Virus record (IMG/VR): IMGVR_UViG_3300021185_002348 | Coordinates: 3,918-67,917 of that record | DNA length: 64,000 nucleotides | Origin: a virus | Strand: one strand, 5' to 3' | Shown: one piece after another, positions 16,835-28,000 of the stretch | Layout of the letters: each line of letters starts with the position of its first letter | Position numbering within the stretch: position 1 is the first letter of the stretch | Notes under the pieces: model-generated | Databases searched by the model: none | What the model was told of the DNA's origin: nothing | The model's input: the letters and a program-made list of their open reading frames with translations, nothing else | Made by a program: the position numbers and the translations under genes

Positions 16835-17013
16835 TGTACAAATTTAATGTAGGAGACAAAGCTATAAAAGTAAAGGGGTATAAGTTCCCCTGCACTATAG
16901 TGTCTGTATTTGAGACGATAGAAGGCAACGTAAGAGTTGTAGGAGAAATGGACGAATATGGTTTACTCCACATATTCAATGAAAAACAATTAGAACATGA
17001 TCCCGAAGAGTAA
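16834..17013 (+). CDS. SH3-like protein resembling type II DHFR (DfrB/R67), 59 aa, not in ORF track
   Basis: MYKFNVGDKAIKVKGYKFPCTIVSVFETIEGNVRVVGEMDEYGLLHIFNEKQLE; TAATG coupling. Confidence 0.65.
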   Translation: MYKFNVGDKAIKVKGYKFPCTIVSVFETIEGNVRVVGEMDEYGLLHIFNEKQLEHDPEE

Positions 17014-17119
17014 AAACGAAGAAGAAACATTTGAGTCTTGGATAGTAGACTTGACTGACCAAGATCAACCTGAGACTTGTGGCATTGACGACGATGACTG
17101 CGAGGCTTGTGGTTCTTGA
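16997..17119 (+). CDS. 40-aa acidic peptide ending in an RNR-alpha-like C-terminal tail
   Basis: ...QPETCGIDDDDCEACGS-stop, just before the terminator. Confidence 0.6.
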   Translation: MIPKSKNEEETFESWIVDLTDQDQPETCGIDDDDCEACGS

Positions 17120-17151
17120 ATCCCCCGACAAGGATGACGCTGTGAGGTGTC

Positions 17152-17191
17152 AAAAAAAAGTCCCCTGTTTTAATTAGCAGGGGACTTTGTT
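17152..17191. terminator. Bidirectional intrinsic terminator where the two arms converge
   Basis: AAAGTCCCCTG/CAGGGGACTTT stem flanked by A and T tracts. Confidence 0.85.
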
Positions 17192-17285
17192 ATTTACAGC
17201 CGCAATCACATTTGCTCTTGCCGCATTCTTTTTGTTTGCGTTTGGACTTAACCTTTTTTTTAGGTTTCATTTTTAAATAAGCCAT
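17190..17285 (-). CDS. 31-aa basic Cys-tailed peptide (not in ORF track)
   Basis: MAYLKMKPKKKVKSKRKQKECGKSKCDCGCK; ends at the terminator. Confidence 0.5.
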   Translation of the reverse strand: MAYLKMKPKKKVKSKRKQKECGKSKCDCGCK

Positions 17286-17290
17286 ATCAT

Positions 17291-17524
17291 TTAATAGGGT
17301 TTTCTTTTATTTCCAATTGATTTAGATTTAGCTCTATTTTCATTCATTTTATTGAACTTTCTATTAGTAGCATTTTCTCGTGTTAAAGAACCAGGGCTCT
17401 TTGTAGTTTTAGGGGTTATGCCTAGCCCTTTTGCCGTCAAGCGAGCAAGATAAATCTTCATAGCTTTTTGGAATTGTTTCATTCCTTCCGGCCCATCTGG
17501 GAAATTCTTTCTTATTGGTTTCAT
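17291..17524 (-). CDS. Small basic protein
   Basis: 77 aa, K/R-rich, in late operon. Confidence 0.65.
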   Translation of the reverse strand: MKPIRKNFPDGPEGMKQFQKAMKIYLARLTAKGLGITPKTTKSPGSLTRENATNRKFNKMNENRAKSKSIGNKRKPY

Positions 17525-17525
17525 A

Positions 17526-17918
17526 TTATGATCTATCAGTGTTTAATTCAAATGTAAATAACTCAAAGTATTTACCTATCGTTCCGTACGCACTTAAAGT
17601 CTGCGTACCAGATATAGTGGTAGAGAACAATTCACCAGGCGCTAAGTTCGCTAAAACTCTAGTTGCGTCATATGCTCCGTTGTGTATCTGCAAATCCACG
17701 GTATCGTCTAAGTTCTTTATTACAACTAAAGTAGCTCCTGTGGTGGCCGCAACACACCCAGGAATTGTTTGAGCCGTATCTGTAGCTACAACTTTTACTT
17801 TGCTGCTGGAATTTTGTAAATCAACCGTATATGTGTGATTCATTTCAGCATTAAGAGCAGAAGTGAAAGCCCCGCCAGCCGAAGAAGTAAGTGTTATTTT
17901 TGCTGTTAAAGTAGCCAT
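17526..17918 (-). CDS. Putative virion structural protein
   Basis: 130 aa, T/A/S-rich beta character, MATLTAKITL start. Confidence 0.6.
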   Translation of the reverse strand: MATLTAKITLTSSAGGAFTSALNAEMNHTYTVDLQNSSSKVKVVATDTAQTIPGCVAATTGATLVVIKNLDDTVDLQIHNGAYDATRVLANLAPGELFSTTISGTQTLSAYGTIGKYFELFTFELNTDRS

Positions 17919-17921
17919 TGT

Positions 17922-18662
17922 TTATCCTTTTTTCGTTCTAACTGTTTGTCCAGTAGTCACTCGACCTGTACGGGGGTTTATATATTTATACGTTTTTTCC
18001 TTATTCTTTAGTGCAATCATTTTAGCTTTAGCATTAGCTTTTGTAGCATCTTGATATTTTTTATCCTTAGATGTTAAAGTCCTAGAGCTAGAGAATGCTG
18101 ATTTAGTTTGACTAGATGGTCTTTTACTAGTAGGAGTACCATAGCCTTTCATACCCGTTTCCATTCGTTGCTGAGGAACCTCTTTTTTTGGGTAATACTT
18201 ACCACCTGGCATGTTTACGTACTTTTTGTAAGGCAGCTGTCTACCTGCTGTTTCAGAATTTTTTCTCTGTTGAGCGTTATTGTTCTTGCGAGCGGCAGCA
18301 TTAGCTTCTTTGGTAAGGTTGGATTGTTTTAACCGTGCTTTACGGGCTGTAGCTTTAGCCCTCATAGTTGACTTATAAGCCTCCTGTTTAGCAAGGCCTC
18401 TAGCTTGTCTTCTTGTGGCTCCTCCTTCTCTAAATGTTTTTTTAAGAGATTTTCGGGTCGATTTAACTTCGTCTTGAAGCTTACTATCGCGTGCTTTTTG
18501 TACTTTTTTATTAGATCTTCTATTCTTGCGATCTTCTATTGCTTGTTTAAATTTGCTTTTAGCACCTTCACGGTTACCGCTTCCAGCTCCAAATAAGCCT
18601 GTACTTTCGTTTAGAGCTCCCCCTGGTTTAAACTTTTTTCTTTTATAAGGATTTTCTGCCAT
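17922..18662 (-). CDS. Highly basic protein (possible DNA-binding core protein)
   Basis: 246 aa, very K/R-rich; TATATTTG at 18682-18689 (-) upstream. Confidence 0.7.
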   Translation of the reverse strand: MAENPYKRKKFKPGGALNESTGLFGAGSGNREGAKSKFKQAIEDRKNRRSNKKVQKARDSKLQDEVKSTRKSLKKTFREGGATRRQARGLAKQEAYKSTMRAKATARKARLKQSNLTKEANAAARKNNNAQQRKNSETAGRQLPYKKYVNMPGGKYYPKKEVPQQRMETGMKGYGTPTSKRPSSQTKSAFSSSRTLTSKDKKYQDATKANAKAKMIALKNKEKTYKYINPRTGRVTTGQTVRTKKG

Positions 18663-18701
18663 GATATTATTTTATTATTTACAAATATACTAATTAATTT
18701 A

Positions 18702-19007
18702 TTAACCGATTCCATTAACATGGTGTACTTCAGGAAGCCTCATTTTGTTCCCTATATTACCTTTGTTAACTTTACGAGTTATTTTCTTTCTGTCTCGTCT
18801 TCTTTTAGCTCTAGCTTTTTTTGCTTTACCGGAAGCATGATATTTTTTATACTCATACTTATAGTCTCGTTTACCGCCTTTGTATTTGCCATTGGCAGTA
18901 GACTTTTTACGTTTACTACCTTTTTTACGGCTTTTTTCCGATTTGCTTCTATTAGCTTTATGAGATATTAAAGATAAAGATTTATTTTTTCTTTTTGTTC
19001 TAGCCAT
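18702..19007 (-). CDS. Highly basic protein, RDYKxEY-type marine phage family
   Basis: RDYKYEYKKYH...RA.R...VHH pattern; appears to end before a full HNH motif. Confidence 0.65.
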   Translation of the reverse strand: MARTKRKNKSLSLISHKANRSKSEKSRKKGSKRKKSTANGKYKGGKRDYKYEYKKYHASGKAKKARAKRRRDRKKITRKVNKGNIGNKMRLPEVHHVNGIG

Positions 19008-19009
19008 TT

Positions 19010-22000
19010 TTAATTGTCGTAAGGTACTATTTTTTCTCCCTGTGAACCGCCGAAAGGCACTATTTTATCTGATGGGTCGTAATAACTTTCTTCGCTATGT
19101 AATAAATTATACAGTCCTTCCGCAAAATTAAACGTTCCTCTATATGGAACGCCCGAAAGAGTCATCGCAGGATCGGCTACTTTATTTATAGCTTCTAATG
19201 CTTCAACATAATCTGACCAATTTATTTCAATACCTTCATCATTCATGTTTTGTAAAAGACTCGCTTCATCATAAAGTTTTTTACCTCCTCTACCAAATGC
19301 TTCAACAGCACTAGCCATAGGCACAGCATCAAATCCATAGTTACTGTCTTCAATAAAGGTGTTTAACAGGTAAGTGAATACATCACCTGCAATTGCAATA
19401 CCGTTTGCTGACCCTAAGTAAGTCGCTCTTTTTTGTGCTTTCCATGCCGCTCCGTATTTATCCGATATTTCATCTGGAGTAAAAGGCATGGCCATACGCA
19501 TCATTTCATAAAAGTCATATGAAAATTTCGTTTGATCATCTAATTCGCCGTCATCCACATTCATAATGTATTTGTCTTTATTGTACTTAAACGTTGTGGT
19601 TACCGCTTGGAATAGATTAGGCAAGATATAGTTGTATATAAGAAGCTTTTTAGCCGCTTCTTTAGAAGATCCTTTAGATGCAGAAAGGGCTCTCATAGCA
19701 GCTCTAGATTGTCTGTAGTAAGACATAGGTGATGTCTTGTACATAGCAAACATTTTCATATAAGGATTTCTTTGCATTATAGATAAATCAGGACTATCCG
19801 ATGCTTGCTGGGCTAGATTAGTTGCGGACTCAAATCTTTTTTCTGCAAATTTAACGGCTTCTTCAGGGGACTTACCTTCTGCTAAAGCTTTTTTTCTATT
19901 GTGCTCATAAACAGCCCATCCTCCAGCTACAATTGCAAATCTATCACCTATAATAACGGGCTTCATCATTGCGTTTATCAGTTGTTTCCTAACGGCTTTA
20001 TTATGACTTGGGATATTTTCAAACTCGGACCCCATTACTTGTCTTACGGCATCGTCAAATTCAAGTCTTGAATAACGTTTTTGCATGGCAGGTAACTCCA
20101 TTAATGTATTATATGCGTTTCTCCAATTAGAAATAGCTCCTTCAGGACCCGGGTCTAATAAGCTTGCTGTAGTCTTTACCCATTCTGCTGTAGGCATATC
20201 ACCTGCATAAGCGAGTATTGAAGTGGCTTGTTTAAACATAAGGGAAGGCTTAGCTCCTAAACTACCTACTACATAGTTAGTTCTAGCTTTAGTCAGAGTT
20301 GTTTGCAATCTGTTATATAACTTATTTTTACCTGCTATATCAAGTATGTTTCTGTTTATAACACTGTGCAAGCCCGGAGCAAAGTCGGTTCTTATTTTTT
20401 CTTTTACTTTTTTATTGTTAAATACTTTGTGTAGACTACTAATAGGTTTTTGATAAGCTTTAAAGAACTCCATGTCTTGAACAAACTTTGTAACCATTAC
20501 ATTAATATCTTGCTTTCTAAGAGGTTGCTTATTAGCAGATTTTTCTTTTAAATGGCTTGATTGCATTTCATTAAATACAATTTCTGGAGTACTTACATTA
20601 ATTTCACCTTCATTCACTCCCATCTCAACGTCTTTAGGCGCCGGAGAATAAAATTTACGGTGATTAAGAGGAGCTCCTGTAATGTCTATATGGAAATCGT
20701 TTAAGTTTAAGTGGCCAGGGAATAACTCACCTGTTGCATAAGTAGGGAAGAATTCATTTACTAAATAGTCCGACCATTGTCTTAGTTGAGGGTCCACTAA
20801 GTTTAAAATAGCTTCACCTTTATTAGTAAGTCCATAATCTGGATTGTCATCAGACTCGTAAGCTTTTTTAACTTCACTATAAATAAATTCTTTTCTTTCT
20901 ATTTCTCTCTCTTTAGATTCCTCAAGCTCCTTCAGCCGACGATCATCAATTATTTGTATTTGTTTTTGAGCTTCTTGCTTGTAAGTTTCTTTCAAAGCTA
21001 ATTGCTCTGCTGGTGAGTATTTATATGGCTTTTCAAGAGCGTAATGCAAAGACTCCCATCTCTTTCTAATACTATGCCACCGAGGCTTAGCCTTAAGTGC
21101 ATTTTTCTTTTTCTTTTCTTCATTCCGCTTCATAATATAGTCAACTTCCTTTTGAGTATACCGTCCTCTTTTAATTAAATTCTCCCAAGTATCTAAAGCG
21201 TTTTTTACTTTCTCCACCTTTTTTCTTTCTTGAGCCAGAATTTCAGCAACTGCTTTGGTTCGTTTATCTATACCCTCTTCTCTTTCTTTTTTTGTTGGTT
21301 TTTTAATAACTTCTAAAGCTTCTTCAACTGTTCTATATGATTCACCGGCAAACATACCGCCTGTCAATTTTATTTGGAAGTTTAAAAAGTCTTGGGATTC
21401 AGTGAACTCCTTAAATGTTTTATATCTTTCTTTAAGGTTATAAGTCCTTTTCATTATCCCCATTTTTTCTAATGTACGATAATTGGTGGCGTCTAAAGTT
21501 TTTATATATAAGTTAGCGGCTTCGTTAGGCGTCCATGTTTCATTAGACCCCGCGGTCCCTGTTTCTTCATCTACCCAATCTACCTCTTGCTCTTTAGTGT
21601 TTTTAAGCTCTATTTGTCTAAGTCTATTCAGTACTCTTCCTTCTTGTCTAGACAAAGGACCTTCAGCTGATAAAGGATTGATACTAGTTCTGCTTACGTC
21701 ACCATCTATAGAATTAATTTCTTTAAGTTTATTAGCTAAAATATTTAATACTGAACGCTTACTTATAAATTCTGTGTTTTGCGCAGACCTCATATTATCT
21801 TGTACGAAATTAACAAGAGGGCTATCAAAAGTACCAGATTCGGCATGGTTTATAGATAAATCTTCTGCTAGCGAATATATATTTGCGGTACCCCATTGAT
21901 TAAGCGTACGTAAATTTAGACCGCTATACCACTTATTTTTACCATACTCTGCATCAATCCCAAATAGTCTTGCTAAAAACGGCTTACGACCTAAAGCTTT

Positions 22001-25000
22001 ACCTGTACCTTCCATAACATCCAAAGCCATTTGTATGTTTGATAAAGTTTCTTGTTCTTTAGCGTTTTGTATTTCTTTAAATGTATCTCTACCACGCTTT
22101 TCAAGATTAAATAAAGCTTTTTTATGTGTTTCCCAATTTGTAGTAAAATACTCTTGCCCTATTTCAACAGGACCTAATGCGGTAATCCAATCTCTTACAT
22201 GTTGTTCGTAAGCGCCTACAGGAGCATCTGGGTTTTCCTGATTAAACTCTTCTTCTTTTCTTGACGGTTCTCTATTAACATCGTTAAGCCTCCAAATCTC
22301 TGCTCTATACTCTAGTAGCTCGGTATACTTTTGCTCTAAATAATTTGCATCATTTTCTTTATGAGCGCGCATTACTCTACCAGTTTCTTCTAGCTTAATT
22401 CTAGTTTTTACATCCCAAACTTTACCTTTTATCATTGAGCCTTTTACTGCTTCAAAAGTGTTTTTGTTCATAAACCTTTCTAGCATAGTAGTATAGTCGT
22501 CTATAGTCTTCACTTTAGAACGGTTTAAAAATAAATCGTTGGCTTTAGTGTTTATGGCTTTATAGTCCTCAGGCTTATTAATATCTAATTCAGATATTAC
22601 TTCACTATCGTATAAACCAGGTGGCTTAAAAAGATCTTTTTGTTTTTCACCTTCAGGCTTAAAATTTAATCTATTTAAAGCTCTTGATAAAAATCCTTCT
22701 TTAGGCGTAACAAACGCATTGTCCATTTGCCTTTGCGCTATTATACCTGCATCCTTCTTCGCATCCTCTCCTATAGCTCTTCCTTGATTTAAAGATTGAA
22801 CGGCTCTTGCTTCAACCTCACCATCGAGTCTTTCATATCTTTCAAAACTTTTAACTAAAGGTATAATTACTTCTAGTCTAGCTTTAGCCTCTTCTAAGTT
22901 TAAATCTTTGTTTCTTGTTTCTAACTGTTCACTTATACCATTAAAAAAGTTCTCTTTTCTTTCTTGTGCTTCATTGTAACCTTCTCTACCTCTTAGTGGC
23001 CCTTTATTCTCAGGCACTGGCGTATTATCTTTAACAAATTTATCGTACTCTAAAAAGTCATTAGTGATTTTTATTAATTCAGAGTCAGATAATCTGTCAC
23101 GCAAGTACGTAGGGTCCACTTCTCTTACTTTATCTAAAAGTTGTAAAGTTTCATTAACAGCTAAATTTAAAAATTCAGGCATAAAAGCCTCGTTACCATA
23201 TGAAATTAATTTATTTGAAACTGATTCAACCATATCTTGGTATTCAACATATAGTTTAAATTGTTCCGCTCCAGACATATCTTCAAACGTATTCCATTCT
23301 TGTCCGCCTTTTTTGTATAAGCTATATTTAAATAGCTTTGTCCTAAGCTCATTCAATCTGCTTGATTGTTCAGCTCCTAAAATTTTTGTAATTACTTCTT
23401 CAGGTGATAAGTTTGATAGCTCATTAAAAGAATCAAAATTTTCTTTTATGTTTTTGCCAAAAGAATCATTTATATATAAGCCTTGCATAACGCGCATTGA
23501 AGATAGACGGTTTCCTCCTTCTACCGTTGTGCTTTCTTTATGCTGCATATAGTGCTGAACCTCATGAGCAATAATATTCGTAATGCTAAGAGCGTCAATA
23601 GTATTACTTTTAAATGTATTGGATTTATCTCCACTTAAATCTAAGTGCTGCAATACTCTATTGTAAGTATTATCTGCAGCTAAAGGCATGCTCCCCTCTT
23701 TTCGTCCTTGATTTAAAGCTTCCCAAAGTGTTTCTACATTTGAGCCATCTTTAAAAGCTTTTTTTAGTAAATCTTTACTAAGGCTTATCTCTACAATTAC
23801 ATTATCTTTACCAGATATTCGATTAAAACCCTCTTCATAAACTTGCGCTTCCTCTAAAAAAACAGGGCTATTCGCATCCTTTGGATCAGTAAAATTTATT
23901 TTAACTTTTACTTCGGATTTAAGCTTGGGATAATATAAAAAAGCGGGGCCATCAAATATTTGAGATAAATCAAACTCCATTGAAAGTTTTGCCTCAGAGT
24001 CTTGTTTATAAGAATCGTATAAAACTTTTGTAGCATTAAAAAGTCCTTTTTTACCTTTTTCTGTTACGTGTAAAGGACCTTCATAGCTAACTATTTGTCC
24101 AGACCTGCTCATAAAAAAGCCTGTTTTCTGGTGAATAGAAAGACCGCTTTCGCCTTGCTGTCTCATTTGCCGAGCAAGAACCAAATTATTTAGTTTATTG
24201 AATTCCGGCTTGCTTAAGTTTTCTTTATTATTTAATTCAGAAAATATTCTAGATTCATCTATTAAATTAAAATGATCTATATTGTCTGACATCTCTTCAG
24301 GCATTTTTATTGAAGGATCAAATTTTAAAGACCTACCGTTTCTTACGGCTCTATTTATTTTATTAGTAAGACTTGATAAGTCAGATATATCATTTAAAGT
24401 TAATATATGAGGGCTTACATTGTTTTCGCTAAGCATAGATGTAACTAGCTCTCCCATAGGGTTACCAAACACTTTTGAATATGCATTATATAAAGGCTTT
24501 GATATTACCTTTAAAGGACTGTATGAAAGACTACTAGCATTCATTGTTTCCCCAAACCACTGAGCCATAGTTTCGTTCAGAACGGTTTTTTTACGGTCTT
24601 GTAAGGCCTCAAAATCAGCTTGCGTAAGACTAAGTCTCATTTTTTGCATTTGAGCGTCACTGAAGCCATATTGTTTTAACGCCCATAAATATTTCTTTTT
24701 ATACTTTTTGTCAGACATCATCTGCTTCTCAAGACTAGCATAAGATTCTGGAGATACTTTTTGTATTAAGCTTAAAAGAGGATGCGCTGATTCATGAGCT
24801 AACACTGTACCTAAATCTTTCTTTAAAATATTAGAGCTGTGTGTAACATCTATATGTATAGTATTTTTTGAACCCGAAATAAAAGGGTTTTTAGAAGCTT
24901 GAAAAGACCAGTCTCTAATTCTACGAGTTTCCTGTGAAAATTCCTCTTTTGTTAATACACCTTGGTTAAATAAAGAAATTGCCTCTGACCGCATTTCAAG

Positions 25001-28000
25001 AGCTCTTGTCTTAATAACTCTATTTAAGGTTCCTGGAGTGCTGTGAAGAACGTATCTTGATTGTGCATTTGCGGGCAAAATGTTATAAAGCTTATTTATT
25101 AAATTTAAAGCTCTTACAGTTTTACCATTTTTAGCGCCATCTTTGCTTGATTGTTTTGCTTTTTTAAGCCTGTCACTAATATTATTAGTAGATACCTCTA
25201 TAACATCTCGAGAGCCCCCTGTTGAAGTACCATCGCCATACATTGTTTTTTCGCTAAGGTCTCTATTCTTTTCGTATTCAAATAAGTTGTTAGCTTCCTT
25301 AACATCGGCTTTCCGCAATTGATTTACTTCAGCATCAGTTAAAGTTCTATCGACTCCATCAGCCCCACGTCTTTTCCAGTATTGCTTATATTGATTTAAT
25401 CTATTATTGTATCTAATTCTATGTCTTAAACCATTTGCAAATATTGTTTCTCTAACTACACCATGTCTCTTTAATGCGGTTGCTTTTCTAAGTTCAGCGT
25501 CGTCCTGAGCTGTATATAGGCTATTTACAAAGTTAAGTACATTACCAGTCTCTAGCTCCTTTAGCAGCTCTTCAGCATTTGCAGGTTCTGCATCATATAG
25601 CTGTTTATTAACAGCATTGTATTCATTCAGCAGTCTATTAAAAGCTTGCTTCCAATTTTTGTTTTTACTAACGACTACATTAATCATACCAGACATTAAG
25701 TCAGAAGCTGCGTTTTCTACTACTCCTAAAGTAGTTTCGCCGTTAGGATTATCAAAAGCTGATTTGTCTACAATTACTTTTTTAAATATATAATTGTCTA
25801 CGGTTAAAGAAAATTTATGTACGTCTTGGAGGTTCTCTTTCAGCTCCTTTATTACATCTGCATATATCTCGCCCCCTTTAGGTGTAGAGTTTTCAAAGTA
25901 GTTTATAGCTTCGATTAGCTTGTCTTTTCTAATAGTAAAGTCTTTTTTATACTGATCTACAATTTGATCAATACCGCTTATACCATACTCTCCGGTGGTT
26001 GGATTATACGTTTTTTTACGTCTTACTATGTTTCCTAGACTGTAAGGATTGTAAGCCGCTGAAGTTGACAATATACCATTCATTGCCAAGTTAAATAATA
26101 ATCTACGGCCCAAACTGTCTTTCCATTCGTTCCCTTCTCCTTCCCCTACAAAACTAGGTATGAGTTCGTCAAACTTTTCTTTAAAAGTATCATCATATGC
26201 TAAAAGCTCCCAAGCCGATTCAGTTATGCCCGCCATCTCCATAGACGCTGTGGCACCTACAGCTTGGTTAAGTTTAGGGTTAGTGAATTTTTTAAATACT
26301 GCAGCAAATTCTTTTTTAGGTCTCCATTTCCCTAATAAGTTAATAGGCAGTCTATGCCCTATACCAAAACCAAAACCTTGACCAGTCTGACCGCCAATAG
26401 TTTTAAATGTAAGTTCTTCTAGTCCACCCTCAATAGTTAAAATACCTATCTTATCAATTAGCTTTGTACCTTCCACAAATTTTCTACCTGCTCCTACTTT
26501 TGAGCTATAATAAGCACCTAATAGACCGTTTTTAGCCATATAAGCCAATCCTCTTTGTATTTTGGGTACTTTTTTTAAAGCCTTGATACTAGCTAAGGCC
26601 GTAGCAAGACGACCACCGCCTAAAAATATAGGGTTAATTAAACCTCTTGAAGCAAAAAGCTTAACGCCTAATGCGGTTACGTCACCTAAAAATTCTCCTA
26701 CTTCTTCACCACCACTAAGTTGGGTGTTGCTAACTTCTTCATTACTCAATGGTATAGAGTATTGATATAATAAGTCTAAAGCAGCTTTTTCTTTATACTC
26801 ATTGTCTTGGAATATAACGGACGTAGTAAAGTTATCAAGCCCCATACCTCTTACAAAACCTTTTCCAAAGTGTTGAAAAGCATGAGTTTCTGAAGCTTCC
26901 TTACTTTCTAAGTATCTATGATTTAGTAAATAGTAATGGTCAAGTGCTTCTTGTTTCGCCTTTACTCTTAATAATTTTAAACCTAGTTTGTTACGCAAAG
27001 GAGCATATTGATCGGGAGCCTGCATAGATGGTACTCCTCCCATTGTAATAGGCTGATTTGCAGCTGACTGTGAATCTTGCTTTGGTATTTTATCAATTTC
27101 AGCTTGTATAGTATTTACAAGGGTTTGATTTTTAAGCCATGCATTTTTTAAAGTATGAACAGTTTCAGGATTCTCTAGGTCGTAGAGGTATTCAAGCTCA
27201 TTTTGAAAATTAGATGCTAAATCTAAATAGCTTTGTATTTGGCCTTCCGGAACTGTATATTCACCATCCTCATCTTTTAAATACCCTCCAAATTGCAATT
27301 CACCTCTTAGTCTTTCGACGTTTTCTACAGCTTCTGCATACGCTTTGCTAGTCTTACCGTTATTATTCTTTTCTAGCTCCTCTAACGCTATCGTAGCTTT
27401 TTCTTGTGCTTCGTATAAGTTATATAATTCAGGACTGTTAGATTGGTAGTTTTCTAATTTTTTATTTAAAGTATTGGCATACAAATTACCGTAAGCTACA
27501 TTTTTAGCGTAATGTTGTCTGGCCGCTTCCGCTTCTTCTTCTTCCATCCCGTAGCCAGGAGCGGTAACGTTGTAATTACCAAACCTCATATTTTCAGTAG
27601 GTATTTCAACATTGTTTTGCTCAAGTTCTAAAGCAGCACTAAAAGCATTCCCCGCTTCATACTCAGAACGTTTATACGCCAAGTCGCTTTTATATTGTTG
27701 TCTGTATGCGTTTCTTAAAGCTAATTTATCGTCGTCGGTGTAAACTATAGAGTTATATTCACCCTTTCGCATACTAGCAACAATTTCCGAATTAATCTGC
27801 TCGTTAACTTTTTTATCGATAAGATTATCTAAATGCTCGTCGCCCATTTTGTATCCACCGTCGAGCCATTCCTCTACGTTGTCGTCGTTTATAGCAACTT
27901 CATCGTCTGGGTTTAAAAAGTCTATACCTAAAAAGGTTTGATTATCATAAGTATAATTATAGTTTATTTGCCCGTTTTCATTAATACCTACTTGGTCATC

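Noticed and set aside
16821-17153. 110-aa minus-strand ORF in the track
   Set aside because: Lies beyond the bidirectional terminator and is antisense to two better-supported plus-strand small ORFs
18978-19007. MARTK N-terminus as a histone H3 tail mimic
   Set aside because: Similarity stops after five residues, is expected by chance in a K/R-rich protein, and the host is bacterial
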